Origin: Candidatus Multivoradales bacterium
GTDB lineage: Bacteria > Acidobacteriota > Thermoanaerobaculia > Multivoradales > JAHEKO01
Assembly: GCA_965223875.1 (NCBI GenBank)
Contig: OZ245024.1
Location: 492,015 to 556,014, forward strand
DNA length: 64,000 nt
Direction of reading: 5' to 3'
The notes beneath the pieces were generated by a model that saw only the letters and a list, made by a program, of their open reading frames with translations, was not told the DNA's origin and did not search any database. The position numbers were made by a program, and so were the translations under genes. Positions 1 to 9,106 of the stretch are shown in pieces (positions within the stretch are counted from its first letter, which is position 1; each line of letters opens with the position of its first letter).

Positions 1-30
1 CTCCGACGCCAAGGAACGGCCTGAACCCGG

Positions 31-150
31 GAAGATCTTCAAGAACCTCCAGAACGTGGTGTCCCCAACTGGCCCTATTTGGAACCCTGACAGCGGGTGG
101 CTCAAGAAGCTGGTGGGCCTAGGCAGGCTCCTGAAGACGATGTCGCTGTG
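31..150. repeat. Copy A of the tRNA-Glu 3'-end-derived att-like repeat (core tggtgtccccaac at 57-69)
   Basis: The sequence 'agaacgtggtgtccccaac' plus a downstream 'ctatttggaaccctga...ggctcaag' tail recurs near 764, 2616, 3228 and 7211. The core equals the reverse complement of the tRNA-Glu 3' end at 18197-18209. Confidence 0.6.
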
Positions 151-244
151 AGCGTAGGCCCGCGAAGTCCTCCGGGACCAGTCCATCGCATCATCTTGAC
201 TTCGTTCGAAGTCACAGACATCATGTGAACCCGGAGGCGCACTC

Positions 245-472
245 ATGACTCAGGTAACAGCAAGACTCCCTGATGAGCTCGTTGAGAAGGCGGATCGCGC
301 GGCCAGTCAGTTGAATCGCTCCCGGGCACAGCTACTCAGGCAAGCTCTCGAGTACTACCTCGACGATTTCGAGGATCTCCGTCTGGCCCTGGACAGGCTG
401 AACGACCCGGCCGACCCCGTGCTCGACTGGGAAGATGTCAAGCGTGAGCTACTCGATCAAGATCAAGAGTAG
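245..472 (+). CDS. Ribbon-helix-helix (CopG/RelB/ParD-like) type II antitoxin
   Basis: 75-aa ORF. The N-terminus 'TARLPDELVEKADRAASQLNRSRAQLLRQALEYYLD' matches the RHH fold pattern. It overlaps the downstream RelE/ParE toxin ORF. Confidence 0.7.
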   Translation: MTQVTARLPDELVEKADRAASQLNRSRAQLLRQALEYYLDDFEDLRLALDRLNDPADPVLDWEDVKRELLDQDQE

Positions 473-698
473 CGCCGCTAAGGCTCTCACGAGAATCGAC
501 GTCAAGGAGAGGACTCGGTTAGTCCAAACGATCGACCGACTGGCCGACGAGCCATCGGCGGGTTCGGCCCTCAAGGGCGAATTCGGAGGTCTGCGACGAC
601 TTCGCGTAGGACGCTATCGAATCATCTACGAAGCCATCCACCGGGAGCTCACCGTCCTGGTCGTTCGCATCGGACATCGCAAGGACGTCTATCGGTAG
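435..698 (+). CDS. RelE/ParE family type II toxin
   Basis: 87-aa ORF ending '...LRRLRVGRYRIIYEAIHRELTVLVVRIGHRKDVYR', the typical RelE/ParE C-terminus. It overlaps the upstream antitoxin. Confidence 0.75.
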   Translation: MSSVSYSIKIKSSAAKALTRIDVKERTRLVQTIDRLADEPSAGSALKGEFGGLRRLRVGRYRIIYEAIHRELTVLVVRIGHRKDVYR

Positions 699-737
699 AT
701 CTCGCCAGGGCTTTGGCCGAGCCTCTATCCCGAGACA

Positions 738-840
738 GAAGATCCCCGAGAATCTCCAGAACGTGGTGTCCCCAACCGCACTCGTTGATCTGTACCAGCT
801 GGAGATTCAAGGCGATACTCGACGACGCGTGGCCTGATCC
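738..840. repeat. Copy B of the att-like repeat (core at 764-776)
   Basis: 'gaagatccccgagaatctccagaacgtggtgtccccaac' is near-identical to the left halves of copies D and E. Confidence 0.6.
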
Positions 841-983
841 ACTGCGCGCTGGTGTCCCCGAGGGGAACGGAGGGCTTGCAGGTCAGTCTAGAGCGGTGGT
901 TCGTGGCGGCTTGACGATGACTGCCGACCCTACGGGGAAACGGCCAGGGATGCCACGAGCAGAGTCCTTGCAGACCTAGAGGG

Positions 984-2321
984 TCACCCGATCTGCCCCT
1001 GTCCTGCGATCGACTCGATGATCTCGACGAACCGGTCGAGCTCGGCGAGAGTCGTGTAGACGTGAGGAGTGACCCGCACTAGGTGGAGCTTGGCGGATTG
1101 ATCGGTCGTCGCCGACTGATCGAGCGGCAGCGCCGAGACCAGGATCTGATGGCGCTCCCACAGGTGCTTTTTCAGCTCCCTGGCGTCGATCCCCTCCAGG
1201 TTGAACGCCGCGATCCCGCAGCTCATCGCCGGATCCTCCGAGGTGTATAACTGTGCTGACGGCAGAGCTCGAATCCGGTCTGCCCAGTACCTGGTGAGCT
1301 GGCGCAGGCGGGACTCCTTGCGCCCGGCGCCGATCGACTCGTGGAAGGTGATCGCCTCGGCGATCCCGGCACCTAGAGCAGCCGATCGGGTGCCGAGATC
1401 GGTGAACTTGGCCATCGGATACTCGGGAGACCTGTTGCTGCCGGGCGGAAAGAGCGGCCAGATCTTGTCCGCCTTGCCCTCACGGATGTAAAGGATGCCG
1501 GTTCCGATGGGCCCGCTGAACCACTTGTGGAGACTGGCTGCGTAGTAGTCGCAGCCGAGGTCTGAGATCGCGGAATCTACAAGGGCGAAAGACTGCGCTC
1601 CATCGACCAGGACCTCGACCCCGCGGCGATGCGCCATGTCGCAGATCGCCTTCACAGGGAAGAGCTGACCGTTGGTGTTCCAGGGATGGGTGACGACAAG
1701 GAGCTTGGTGCGCGAGGACATGCTACGCGCATACAGGTCGACGAGCTCGCCCGTGGAAACGGCCGGGACCGGAACTTCGCGGATCGTACGAACCCGCACG
1801 CCCTCCCGGGCGCTGCGTTGCTCGAGGGTGTCCTGAACGTGCCAGTAGTCGTGGCTGGTCAGCAGAATCTCGTCTCCCGGCTCGAAAGGGAGCCCCAGCA
1901 GGACGTTGTTCAGCGCTTCGGTGGCGTTGCGGACGATGGCGAGTTCGTCCTGAGAGCAGCCGGCGAGCCGGCAGAGCCCATCCGACACTCCGTCCCACAG
2001 GGGCGCCAGAACGTCCCAGATCATCCTCCCCGGCGCCTCCTGCTGTCGCCAAGTGTCCCGCACCACCGCTTCCGTCACACGCCGCGGCGAAGGAGACACA
2101 TTGCCGTTGTCCAGGTAGAGAATGCTGCGGTTGACCGGGAAGGCGCGTTGTACGGCAAACCAGAAGTCCTCGCCTTCGAGAGAGCCATCGACTTCAGGGC
2201 CTTCTACGTCAGCTTCGCTTGCGAAGAGTGCCTCCCTCCGAAGCAGATCAGCCGCAGCAACGGCTGCGGTCGTTCCTGCCAGCGACTCCAGAAGACGTCG
2301 TCGATCGATCAGTCTTCTCAC
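984..2321 (-). CDS. Class V aminotransferase-fold PLP-dependent enzyme with Tat signal peptide
   Basis: 445 aa. The N-terminus 'MRRLIDRRRLLESLAGTTAAVAAA' has a twin-arginine motif. The PLP-lysine motif 'SLHKWFSGPIGTGILYIR' is typical of cysteine desulfurase and isopenicillin-N epimerase-like enzymes. Confidence 0.75.
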   Translation of the reverse strand: MRRLIDRRRLLESLAGTTAAVAAADLLRREALFASEADVEGPEVDGSLEGEDFWFAVQRAFPVNRSILYLDNGNVSPSPRRVTEAVVRDTWRQQEAPGRMIWDVLAPLWDGVSDGLCRLAGCSQDELAIVRNATEALNNVLLGLPFEPGDEILLTSHDYWHVQDTLEQRSAREGVRVRTIREVPVPAVSTGELVDLYARSMSSRTKLLVVTHPWNTNGQLFPVKAICDMAHRRGVEVLVDGAQSFALVDSAISDLGCDYYAASLHKWFSGPIGTGILYIREGKADKIWPLFPPGSNRSPEYPMAKFTDLGTRSAALGAGIAEAITFHESIGAGRKESRLRQLTRYWADRIRALPSAQLYTSEDPAMSCGIAAFNLEGIDARELKKHLWERHQILVSALPLDQSATTDQSAKLHLVRVTPHVYTTLAELDRFVEIIESIAGQGQIG

Positions 2322-2589
2322 GGGTCCCTCCGTCCGAAACTCTGTCCGCTATGTGTCAATGCGACGAGCCAAGTGGCGACACCTCCGACTCCCCGTCGGA
2401 TCTCCGGCGCAGGTCATTTGACTCGGCACCGTAGCGCGGCCGCTCTCGCAAACCTCCTGCCGATCACAGCTAGTTGGACCTATCCTACAAGAGGCTCGTC
2501 TACTGCTGGCTCGGAAAGGTCCCTTGGCCACAGGGCCACCACCCATCCTGTAGGCAGCAGTGCGGAACATACTCGGGGTGGCTCCGAAC

Positions 2590-2714
2590 GACCTCCAGAG
2601 TCAAACCCGAGCACATGGTGTCCCCAACGGGCCATATTTGGAACACTGAGTGGAGCCGGCTCGAGGTCCTTCGGGACCTTGCAGCGCGACTTTCTGGAAT
2701 GGCGGCCTGACTAG
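2590..2714. repeat. Copy C of the att-like repeat (core at 2616-2628)
   Basis: 'catggtgtccccaacgggccatatttggaacactgagtgg...ggcctgactag' shares the 'ccatatttggaaccctgag' tail with copies D and E. A 'gcggcctgactag' end motif also occurs at ~5790. Confidence 0.6.
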
Positions 2715-2718
2715 AGTT

Positions 2719-2979
2719 TCAGCTGGATCCCGCGGCGGAAGCACCAGCCAAGAGGCCCGCGACGCTGATGTCCTCGTCCGCTTCCGGCCAGTGAACACCC
2801 TCGCCGTCGCCTAGGAGCTGCCACTCCGCCCGAGCTTCCGGCGAGGCCGATTGCAGACGCGGAAACCAAGTGAGAGGAACCGTCAAGCGACGACCATCAG
2901 CGAGCGTGACGGTGAGTTCATCTGCAGTGACTTCCACTTCTTGGGCCAACGGAACGGCTTCAACGACTGAAGAACTCAT
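2719..2979 (-). CDS. DUF2442 domain protein (partner of DUF4160)
   Basis: 'MSSSVVEAVPLAQEVEVTADELTVTLADGRRLTVPLTWFPRLQSASPEARAEWQLLGDGEGVHWPEADEDISVAGLL' fits the DUF2442 pattern. Its start overlaps the stop of the upstream DUF4160 frame by ~14 nt. Confidence 0.65.
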   Translation of the reverse strand: MSSSVVEAVPLAQEVEVTADELTVTLADGRRLTVPLTWFPRLQSASPEARAEWQLLGDGEGVHWPEADEDISVAGLLAGASAAGSS

Positions 2980-3190
2980 ACCAAGTCTCCAAGAGCTGGA
3001 CCTCATTATCTCGCACAAGAGCCTCGACCGTAGTCAACTCGTGCGTCGGGAACCGTGTCGAGCGAGCCAGACGTACCGGATCCAGCCAGAACTTCGCCAA
3101 GGCTCTGTCGCGCTGGACGTGGATATGCGGTGGCTCGGAGCCCTCGTTGCTGAAGAAGAAGAACCGATAGGCGCCGATGCGCAGGACAGT
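2960..3190 (-). CDS. DUF4160 domain protein with no canonical start codon (possible pseudogene or rare start)
   Basis: The manual minus-strand translation '...ATVLRIGAYRFFFFSNEGSEPPHIHVQRDRALAKFWLDPVRLARSTRFPTHELTTVEALVRDNEVQLLETWYEFFSR*' is a clear DUF4160 signature. No ATG/GTG/TTG lies in frame between the upstream stop (3206-3208) and the conserved N-terminus. The ORF track does not list it. Confidence 0.5.
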   Translation of the reverse strand, partial: TVLRIGAYRFFFFSNEGSEPPHIHVQRDRALAKFWLDPVRLARSTRFPTHELTTVEALVRDNEVQLLETWYEFFSR

Positions 3191-3201
3191 CGCGCTCGCA
3201 T

Positions 3202-3330
3202 CAGGAGACTACCCGAGGGTCGGAAGATCCCCAAGAATCTCCAGGGTATGGTGTCCCCAACCGGCCATATTTGGAACCCTGAGTCGAATTGGCTCAGGAT
3301 TCTGCGTGACCTCTCCCGGCGGCCGGGCTA
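3202..3330. repeat. Copy D of the att-like repeat (core at 3228-3240)
   Basis: Contains 'ggaagatccccaagaatctccagggtatggtgtccccaaccggccatatttggaaccctgagtcgaattggctcaggattctg'. Confidence 0.6.
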
Positions 3331-3360
3331 GAGAGCGGTGTGCCTACGAGACGATGCCTG

Positions 3361-3621
3361 CTATCTGAAGGCAGCGCCGCGATGGGCGATGTCCAAGATC
3401 AGGATCGCGGAGCCTTCCTCGTTGAACCGATAGATGATTCTCAAGGAGGCCACTCGGAGGGACCGATGCCCAGCTAGCGGACCGGCTAGAGGCTTGCCCG
3501 CCGCAGGGTCGTCGCTGAGTCGGTCCAACGCTCGATCTACTCTCTCAAAGAGGCGACGATCGCTTCTAGCCAGTCTGCGAAAGCTCTTCCTAGCGTGGCT
3601 GGAGAGCCTAACGCCGATCAC
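3361..3621 (-). CDS. ParE/RelE family type II toxin
   Basis: '...FRRLARSDRRLFERVDRALDRLSDDPAAGKPLAGPLAGHRSLRVASLRIIYRFNEEGSAILILDIAHRGAAFR'. The likely GTG start near 3621 overlaps the end of the upstream Phd/YefM gene. The ORF track extends it to 3663. Confidence 0.7.
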   Translation of the reverse strand: MIGVRLSSHARKSFRRLARSDRRLFERVDRALDRLSDDPAAGKPLAGPLAGHRSLRVASLRIIYRFNEEGSAILILDIAHRGAAFR

Positions 3622-3895
3622 CCGCGAGCTCCCGCCGCACCTCTTCCAGGGAGTGGTCCCCACCGGTCAGGAACTCATCGTCCGCCTCGACGAGTCGTTG
3701 CACCTGCACCTTGCTCGAGAGGATCTCGAGAGTCTCCAGAAGACCTTCGAACTCCTCCGAGGAGAGCAACACCGCTTGAGCACGCCCCCTGCGAGTGATC
3801 ACGAATCGGTCGAAGTGATCATGGGCTCGGGCCAGAAGCTCGGACAGCCGGGGTCTCATCTCAGTCAGCGACACAGTCTCGGTGGCCATAGGCAC
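3608..3895 (-). CDS. Phd/YefM family type II antitoxin
   Basis: 'MATETVSLTEMRPRLSELLARAHDHFDRFVITRRGRAQAVLLSSEEFEGLLETLEI' is a canonical Phd/YefM N-terminus. Confidence 0.8.
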   Translation of the reverse strand: MPMATETVSLTEMRPRLSELLARAHDHFDRFVITRRGRAQAVLLSSEEFEGLLETLEILSSKVQVQRLVEADDEFLTGGDHSLEEVRRELAGDRR

Positions 3896-4021
3896 CTCCG
3901 GGCAAAGTGTACGTGATCAAGTAAAGATCAGTCGAGGGCTCAACGTAACCCGACGCAGCAGACTCGCGGATCGGCCCGAGCCGTGGGGAGGACATTCAGA
4001 TCCTCGCTACGGCCGACGCCT

Positions 4022-4729
4022 CTACCAGCCACCTCGTTCGCCAGTTCGCTCGATGGCCCGACGCACTCGCTGGGCGGCGCGCTCCCAGTTAGCGAGGACC
4101 GCGTCCTCAGCCCTATTCGCATCGCCGGCTCGAATCGCATCGATGATGACCTCGTGCTCCGCGACAGATTCCGGAATGCGCTCCACGATGTGCGACGCAT
4201 AACTCCAGGCGTAGCGGGCGATCTGAGGCTTGACTGCCTTGCGCATCGCCATCAGCCGCGGGCCTGCGACCGCATCGAGGTAGACAGCATGAAAGGCGTG
4301 ATCCAACTCGACGAGCTGGCCAGCAATGACATCCGCATCGCGGCTTGCCTCCAGGAAGGCTCGGTTTCGGATCGAGAGCTCTCGGGCCAACGCTTCGCGG
4401 CGCTCAGCCGATAGCTCGGCGGCCCGGCGAGCCGCCACCGCGTCCAGTCGGGCCACGATGTCGTGCAGTTCGCGTGCGTCTTCCCCGGTCAGAGCAGCAA
4501 CAACAGGGCGCGCATACTTCTCGGCCCTGTTGGCTACCAGGAGGCCCTCATCCTGAAGCCGCTTCACCGCTTCCCGTACGGGGGTCCGACTGACTCCAAG
4601 GCGCTCCGCAATCTCGCGCTCGACGATACGTGTTCCGGGAGACAGCACACCGCGCACGATGCGGTCCAGGAGCTCCTCGTAGACACGATCGACCGTCTGC
4701 TTGGGTGAATCAGTTGATTCCGTCGGCAT
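4022..4729 (-). CDS. GntR family transcriptional regulator (FadR/FCD subfamily)
   Basis: The GntR winged HTH 'VYEELLDRIVRGVLSPGTRIVEREIAERLGVSRTPVREAVKRLQDEGLL' is followed by an FCD-like C-terminal domain. The ORF track's 456-aa version (to 5392) has an Arg/Gly-rich N-terminal extension that looks like an artefact. The start was taken at the internal 'MPTEST'. Confidence 0.7.
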   Translation of the reverse strand: MPTESTDSPKQTVDRVYEELLDRIVRGVLSPGTRIVEREIAERLGVSRTPVREAVKRLQDEGLLVANRAEKYARPVVAALTGEDARELHDIVARLDAVAARRAAELSAERREALARELSIRNRAFLEASRDADVIAGQLVELDHAFHAVYLDAVAGPRLMAMRKAVKPQIARYAWSYASHIVERIPESVAEHEVIIDAIRAGDANRAEDAVLANWERAAQRVRRAIERTGERGGW

Positions 4730-4795
4730 TCGAAACCTAATGGTATACCATCTCGTAGTTCTCCTCGAAAGACACCGTCCGTACAGGCGCAACAC

Positions 4796-5731
4796 ATGGA
4801 CCAAGGAGAAACGATGACCGCCGAAACGAGCCCAACGCCCACTTTTCTGCACTATTGGCACCGAATTCCTGTTCTGATTCGAGCACCTGTGACGGGAGTC
4901 CTCGTCGTCTGGGTCGGCACGTATCTCGCCAGCCCGTTGATCGTGGGGAATCTCCGATTCCTTCCCTCCGTCCCATGGGCGCTGCCCGCCGCGGCGCTCA
5001 TCCTGTGGCCCTACTGGTTGTACCTGTCCGGCCGCGGCTGGCCGCGGTCGACGGCCGAGGCCAGACGAATCTGCCTGCGCGGAGGTGCTCTTCCCTCTGG
5101 GCTGTGGGGACCGTCTCTCCTCGCCGGCGGCTGCGCCATGGGTACCCTCATCGGCTTGAAGTTCCTCCTCCCACGCCTCTTCCCTATGACCGAGTCCAGC
5201 CTGGCGATCGACGTATCCCAGTATCCGACATGGACCGTTCTGGGACTCGCCTTCGCCGTGAGCCTCACGGCTGGCGTGAGCGAGGAAGCCGGCCTGCGCG
5301 GCTATCTGCAAGGGCCGCTCGAGCGCCGCTACGGGCTGGTGTTTGCGGTCCTCTTGACTGGAGTGGTCTTCTGGGCCCTCCACCTGAACCACGACTGGGT
5401 CGGCCTACCCCACTTGCTCTTTCATGTCAGCGCCAGTGTGGCCCTTGGAACGCTGACCTCCTTCGTCGGATCGATTCGCCCGGCCGTCGTGATTCACACC
5501 GCAGCCGACATGATTCTGATCCCGCTCGCCGCCTTTCGCCCACCCCGACTCTGGGAGCTGATGAGCGCTCGCCCCATCTACGAGACCGGCTGGAGAGCGG
5601 CCGATCCGCTGCTGATCGGTCTGGTAGCGGTCTTCGGCTGTGCAACGGCGCTGACACTGGCCAGGCTCAGGAGGCTCGCTATCGCGAAGAAGCAGGCTGA
5701 ACCAACTTCCGAAGACCAACCGAGGCGCTGA
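4796..5731 (+). CDS. CPBP family intramembrane metalloprotease (CAAX protease/Abi-like)
   Basis: Multi-TM protein with the CPBP motifs 'EEAGLRGYLQ' (EExxxR) and 'FWALHL' (FxxxH), plus a later 'HTAADM'. It is transcribed divergently from the GntR gene. Confidence 0.65.
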   Translation: MDQGETMTAETSPTPTFLHYWHRIPVLIRAPVTGVLVVWVGTYLASPLIVGNLRFLPSVPWALPAAALILWPYWLYLSGRGWPRSTAEARRICLRGGALPSGLWGPSLLAGGCAMGTLIGLKFLLPRLFPMTESSLAIDVSQYPTWTVLGLAFAVSLTAGVSEEAGLRGYLQGPLERRYGLVFAVLLTGVVFWALHLNHDWVGLPHLLFHVSASVALGTLTSFVGSIRPAVVIHTAADMILIPLAAFRPPRLWELMSARPIYETGWRAADPLLIGLVAVFGCATALTLARLRRLAIAKKQAEPTSEDQPRR

Positions 5732-5734
5732 CAC

Positions 5735-5800
5735 TCAATCGAGTTGGCTCAAGAGGCTTCAAGGCCTCGGCAGGACCTGCAGGAACAGCGGCCTGACTCC
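5735..5800. repeat. Partial copy (tail only) of the att-like repeat family
   Basis: 'gagttggctcaagaggcttcaaggcctcggcaggacctgcaggaacagcggcctgactcc' resembles the tails of copy A ('gtggctcaagaagctggtgggcctaggcagg') and copy C ('gcggcctgactag'). Confidence 0.4.
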
Positions 5801-5844
5801 GCCGATCGCGCGATTCCCGCAACGCATTCGTGTATAATCCATGC

Positions 5845-6099
5845 ATGGCTACTAAGACGATTTCTCTAGAGCTCGATGCTTACGAGAAGCTCAAGCGAGC
5901 GAAGCGCTCCGACAGGGAGTCGTTCTCGTCAGTGGTGCGCCGAGCCCGCTTTGCACACGAGACCAAGACGGCAGAGCAGGTCCTGAGTGCCCTGAGAGGC
6001 CTGGCTGCGAACCACCCCGAAAGCCTGCTCAACGAGGAAACACTCAATCAACTGAGTGAGCGCGCCGGCTCGCGAGCCAGCCGAGCCCGCCCGAAATGA
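5845..6099 (+). CDS. VapB-like antitoxin
   Basis: 'MATKTISLELDAYEKLKRAKRSDRESFSSVVRRARF...' is the N-terminus of a small antitoxin. Its stop overlaps the start of the downstream PIN toxin (ATGA at 6096). Confidence 0.6.
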   Translation: MATKTISLELDAYEKLKRAKRSDRESFSSVVRRARFAHETKTAEQVLSALRGLAANHPESLLNEETLNQLSERAGSRASRARPK

Positions 6100-6482
6100 T
6101 CCTCGATACCACGGTTCTGGTCGATCTACAGAGGGAGCTGCGGCGGGAGGAGGCCGGCCCCGCGTCGCAACTTCTCGACGAGCTTCGCGAAACGGAGGTC
6201 GCCATAACCTTCGTCACCTGGATGGAGTTCGCCGAGGGCTACAGGGAAGACCAGCGCGAAGCGTGTGACCGTTTCCTGGCCCCGTTTCAGGTCCTCTGGC
6301 CCGATGCGGACACCGCCTGGCGAGCCGCTCGAATCTCGCGCTCTCTTCGGTCGCGAGGCAAGGCGATCGGAGATCACGACGCCTGGATCGCAGCACTCGC
6401 CCTGCAGCACGGCCGGTCCGTGGCCACGGCCAACGACCGCCACTTCAAGCGGGTGCCATCCCTAGCCGTGCGCACGTACTAG
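6096..6482 (+). CDS. vapC: VapC PIN-domain toxin
   Basis: 'MILDTTVLVDLQRE...' has a PIN-domain layout with conserved acidic residues (D4 and D-rich positions, 'HDAWIAALALQHGRSVATANDRHFKRV'). Confidence 0.75.
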   Translation: MILDTTVLVDLQRELRREEAGPASQLLDELRETEVAITFVTWMEFAEGYREDQREACDRFLAPFQVLWPDADTAWRAARISRSLRSRGKAIGDHDAWIAALALQHGRSVATANDRHFKRVPSLAVRTY

Positions 6483-6510
6483 GATCAGCGACCCCGCTGG
6501 GAACAGAGAG

Positions 6511-7020
6511 ATGGGAGTGCTGCGCTGTACGGCGAAGTATCGGCAGCTCTTTGGCCTTCCAAACGAGCTCGAGGAGCCTGCATCACCCGTTAGTGGGCTT
6601 GGTACATGGTACGCAAACACTCTGAATATCGGCCATGGCCGATACCTCCACTACATGTCTGACGAGGCGAGGCTTTCGATAATCGTCGAGCTTCGTCGCC
6701 GCCACACGGCTGAGCGGCGTTTCGCTCAGGCGTTGGCCGAACTGCTCAAGCACTTCGGGACGGACGCTCGTTGCGCCGAGAGGGAAATCATGACGTTGAC
6801 TTCCCTCGCTTACGCCCGGGCCACTAGTCGTAGCGTTCTCGGATCTATGAGAGACCACGCGCAACTGTCAAAGGCCTGCCTTCGCGACGAAGCGAGTCTA
6901 TGGGATCTCATGCTCTTTCTCGCGGAGACCCCGTCCGGCCCTCTGGACTACGAATCCCCGGATCGCGTCGCTCCTCGGCTGGTAGAAGACAGGTGGCGAG
7001 GGCCGAGGCCCGTCCCCTAA
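6511..7020 (+). CDS. Hypothetical protein
   Basis: 169-aa ORF with plausible coding composition and no recognised motif. Confidence 0.35.
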   Translation: MGVLRCTAKYRQLFGLPNELEEPASPVSGLGTWYANTLNIGHGRYLHYMSDEARLSIIVELRRRHTAERRFAQALAELLKHFGTDARCAEREIMTLTSLAYARATSRSVLGSMRDHAQLSKACLRDEASLWDLMLFLAETPSGPLDYESPDRVAPRLVEDRWRGPRPVP

Positions 7021-7184
7021 CTGGCACATCGCAGAGTTCGACAGAGTCGTGCAAGCGAGGATCAATCACCGGCGGCCCGACCTGCCGCCGAGAGCTCGCG
7101 ATCAGGTGCAACATCGAAACCGCCGTAGGAGCAGGTCGAGCTTCTGGACCAGACCGGAAATGTGCCGTCAAGACGCAGTACCCA

Positions 7185-7300
7185 GAAGATCCCCAAGAAT
7201 CTCCAGAACGTGGTGTCCCCAACTGCCCATATTTGGAACCCTGAGTGGGGGTGGCTCAGGAATCTCTGCAGCCTCAGACACCTGCTGGCGGGAGCCGCTG
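7185..7300. repeat. Copy E of the att-like repeat (core at 7211-7223)
   Basis: Contains 'cagaagatccccaagaatctccagaacgtggtgtccccaactgcccatatttggaaccctgagtgggggtggctcaggaatctc'. Confidence 0.6.
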
Positions 7301-7553
7301 CGCGATGAAGGAGTCTTAGGAACGGCTAACCCGAGCTGTCCTGAGGAGCGCCGACCGCCGAGCCTCAATCTCTTCCGGACAGGAGCTTCCTGCCAACCAT
7401 CTGGGCTAGTTCGGCCTCACTCGGGCCGTAGGCCGCAGCAGCTCCAAGTATTGAGTCGGCGATGCCGGTCCCTGACACCAAGCTGGCGCGGTTCCCGTAG
7501 GGAGCATTGATGCACCCAAACGAGTTCATTCCTCGAGGCCTCGAAGGAGAAAC

Positions 7554-9068
7554 ATGACGCACTGGAAGACGCCAATCCTATTGCTTGCCCTCGCCATGGC
7601 TCTCAGTGTCCTGCCGTCCTCTGCGGACGCACCGCCAACATTGGCCGCGCTCGACGCCGAGATCCCCATCCTCATGCAGAATTACGATGTCCCCGGTCTC
7701 GCGCTGGCAGTCGTCCAGGATGGCGAGATTGCCTTCAGCCGCGGCTACGGCGTCCGAGAGCTGGGTGGCAACGATCCGGTCGACGCCGACACGTTGTTCG
7801 CCATCGGCTCGATCACCAAGTCATTCACCGCTGCCTGTCTGGGTCTCGGAGTCGAGGACGGGACGCTCGGCTGGGACGATCCGATCGCCGAGCACCTGCC
7901 GTTCTTCGCCCTCAAGGACCCCTGGATCACTCGTCGGGTTACCATCCGCGACTTCCTCAGCCATCGCAGCGGCCTGGAGCCCAACAACCTGATCTCCTGG
8001 GATACGAAGCTCGGCCGCGAAGACATCGTCCGGAGGCTCCGTTTCCTCGACATCAACGGGTTCCGGAGCAGTTTTCGGTACAACAACCTCGCCGTCTCGG
8101 CCGCCGGACAGGTACTCCCGGCGGCCACGGGCCAGAGTTGGGACGATTGCGTTCAGTTGCGGATCTTCGCCCCGCTCGGCATGGAGCGCAGCACTGTCAA
8201 CAACAAGCAATTCGAAGGCGACCTCAACGTCGCGTCGGCGCACGTCCAGATCGATGGAGCACTTCGGCCCTACCCACGCCAGGACCTCGACAACGATGCA
8301 CCGTCCGGATCGATCTACTCGAGCGCCGCCGAAATGACCCGCTGGATTCTCGCCCACGTCCAGGACGGCACGGTCGACGGCAAGCCCGTTCTGCCTCCTG
8401 CTGTCATTCGCGAGATGCGCGCTCCCCAGAATCCCATCAACGCTCCCGACCTCGCGCGCTACGCACCCGGCGCCAACCTCGTCGCCTACGGCCTCGGCTG
8501 GAATCTCCAGGACTATGGTGGCGAGCTCGCGGTGGCCCACGGCGGCGGCACGCGCGGGATGACGGCGCAGCTCGGGATGCTCCCGGGCCGCAGGTCCGGT
8601 TTCGTCGTCCTGTCGAACGCCCCGTACTCGACTCTACCGGCGCTGATCCAGTACAAGGTCTACGACGCGCTCCTGGGCATCGAGGGCGCAGACTGGAACG
8701 CCCACTTCGAAGACGTGGAGCGCGAGGTCGAGGCTTGGTTCGCGACCTTCCGTCCTCCGGCGGCCCAGCCGGGGACTCACCCGTCGCTCCCCCTCGACGC
8801 CTACACCGGGACCTATCACAACGACCTCTATGGTCCAGCCGTCGTCCGCCTGGAGGACGACCGCCTGAGTCTCGAGCTGGCCGACCTCGGGCACAGGGCC
8901 ACACTGGAGCACTTTCATCACGACACTTTCGAAACGCGCTGGGAATCGGGAAGGCACAGTATGGTCGGCGGCATGGTGCCGCTTATCGCCTTCAATCTCA
9001 GCGTCGACGGCGTCATCGAGTCCCTGACACCCGGTCGGGCGATCTTCCAGCGGGTGGTGGAACAGTGA
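7554..9068 (+). CDS. Secreted serine hydrolase of the beta-lactamase/PBP family (class C-like)
   Basis: Signal peptide, the SxxK motif 'GSITKSF' and the YxN motif 'RYNNLAV'. 504 aa. Confidence 0.75.
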   Translation: MTHWKTPILLLALAMALSVLPSSADAPPTLAALDAEIPILMQNYDVPGLALAVVQDGEIAFSRGYGVRELGGNDPVDADTLFAIGSITKSFTAACLGLGVEDGTLGWDDPIAEHLPFFALKDPWITRRVTIRDFLSHRSGLEPNNLISWDTKLGREDIVRRLRFLDINGFRSSFRYNNLAVSAAGQVLPAATGQSWDDCVQLRIFAPLGMERSTVNNKQFEGDLNVASAHVQIDGALRPYPRQDLDNDAPSGSIYSSAAEMTRWILAHVQDGTVDGKPVLPPAVIREMRAPQNPINAPDLARYAPGANLVAYGLGWNLQDYGGELAVAHGGGTRGMTAQLGMLPGRRSGFVVLSNAPYSTLPALIQYKVYDALLGIEGADWNAHFEDVEREVEAWFATFRPPAAQPGTHPSLPLDAYTGTYHNDLYGPAVVRLEDDRLSLELADLGHRATLEHFHHDTFETRWESGRHSMVGGMVPLIAFNLSVDGVIESLTPGRAIFQRVVEQ

Positions 9069-9106
9069 CCGGAGAGTCCTCGAGAACCTCGAGAACCTCG
9101 AGAACA

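Noticed and set aside
713-979. Small ORFs translating through the att-like repeats (713-979, 3177-3368, 7049-7510; shared peptide 'PRISRTWCPQ...IFGTLSG')
   Set aside because: The similarity between them comes from the repeated DNA unit itself. Frames and lengths differ between copies, so a coding function is unlikely.
4022-5392. 456-aa version of the GntR ORF, and the 683-aa version of ahcY (45284-47335)
   Set aside because: The N-terminal extensions are low-complexity (Arg/Gly/Pro-rich) and typical of open antisense or upstream frames in high-GC DNA. Conserved family N-termini begin at internal Met codons.
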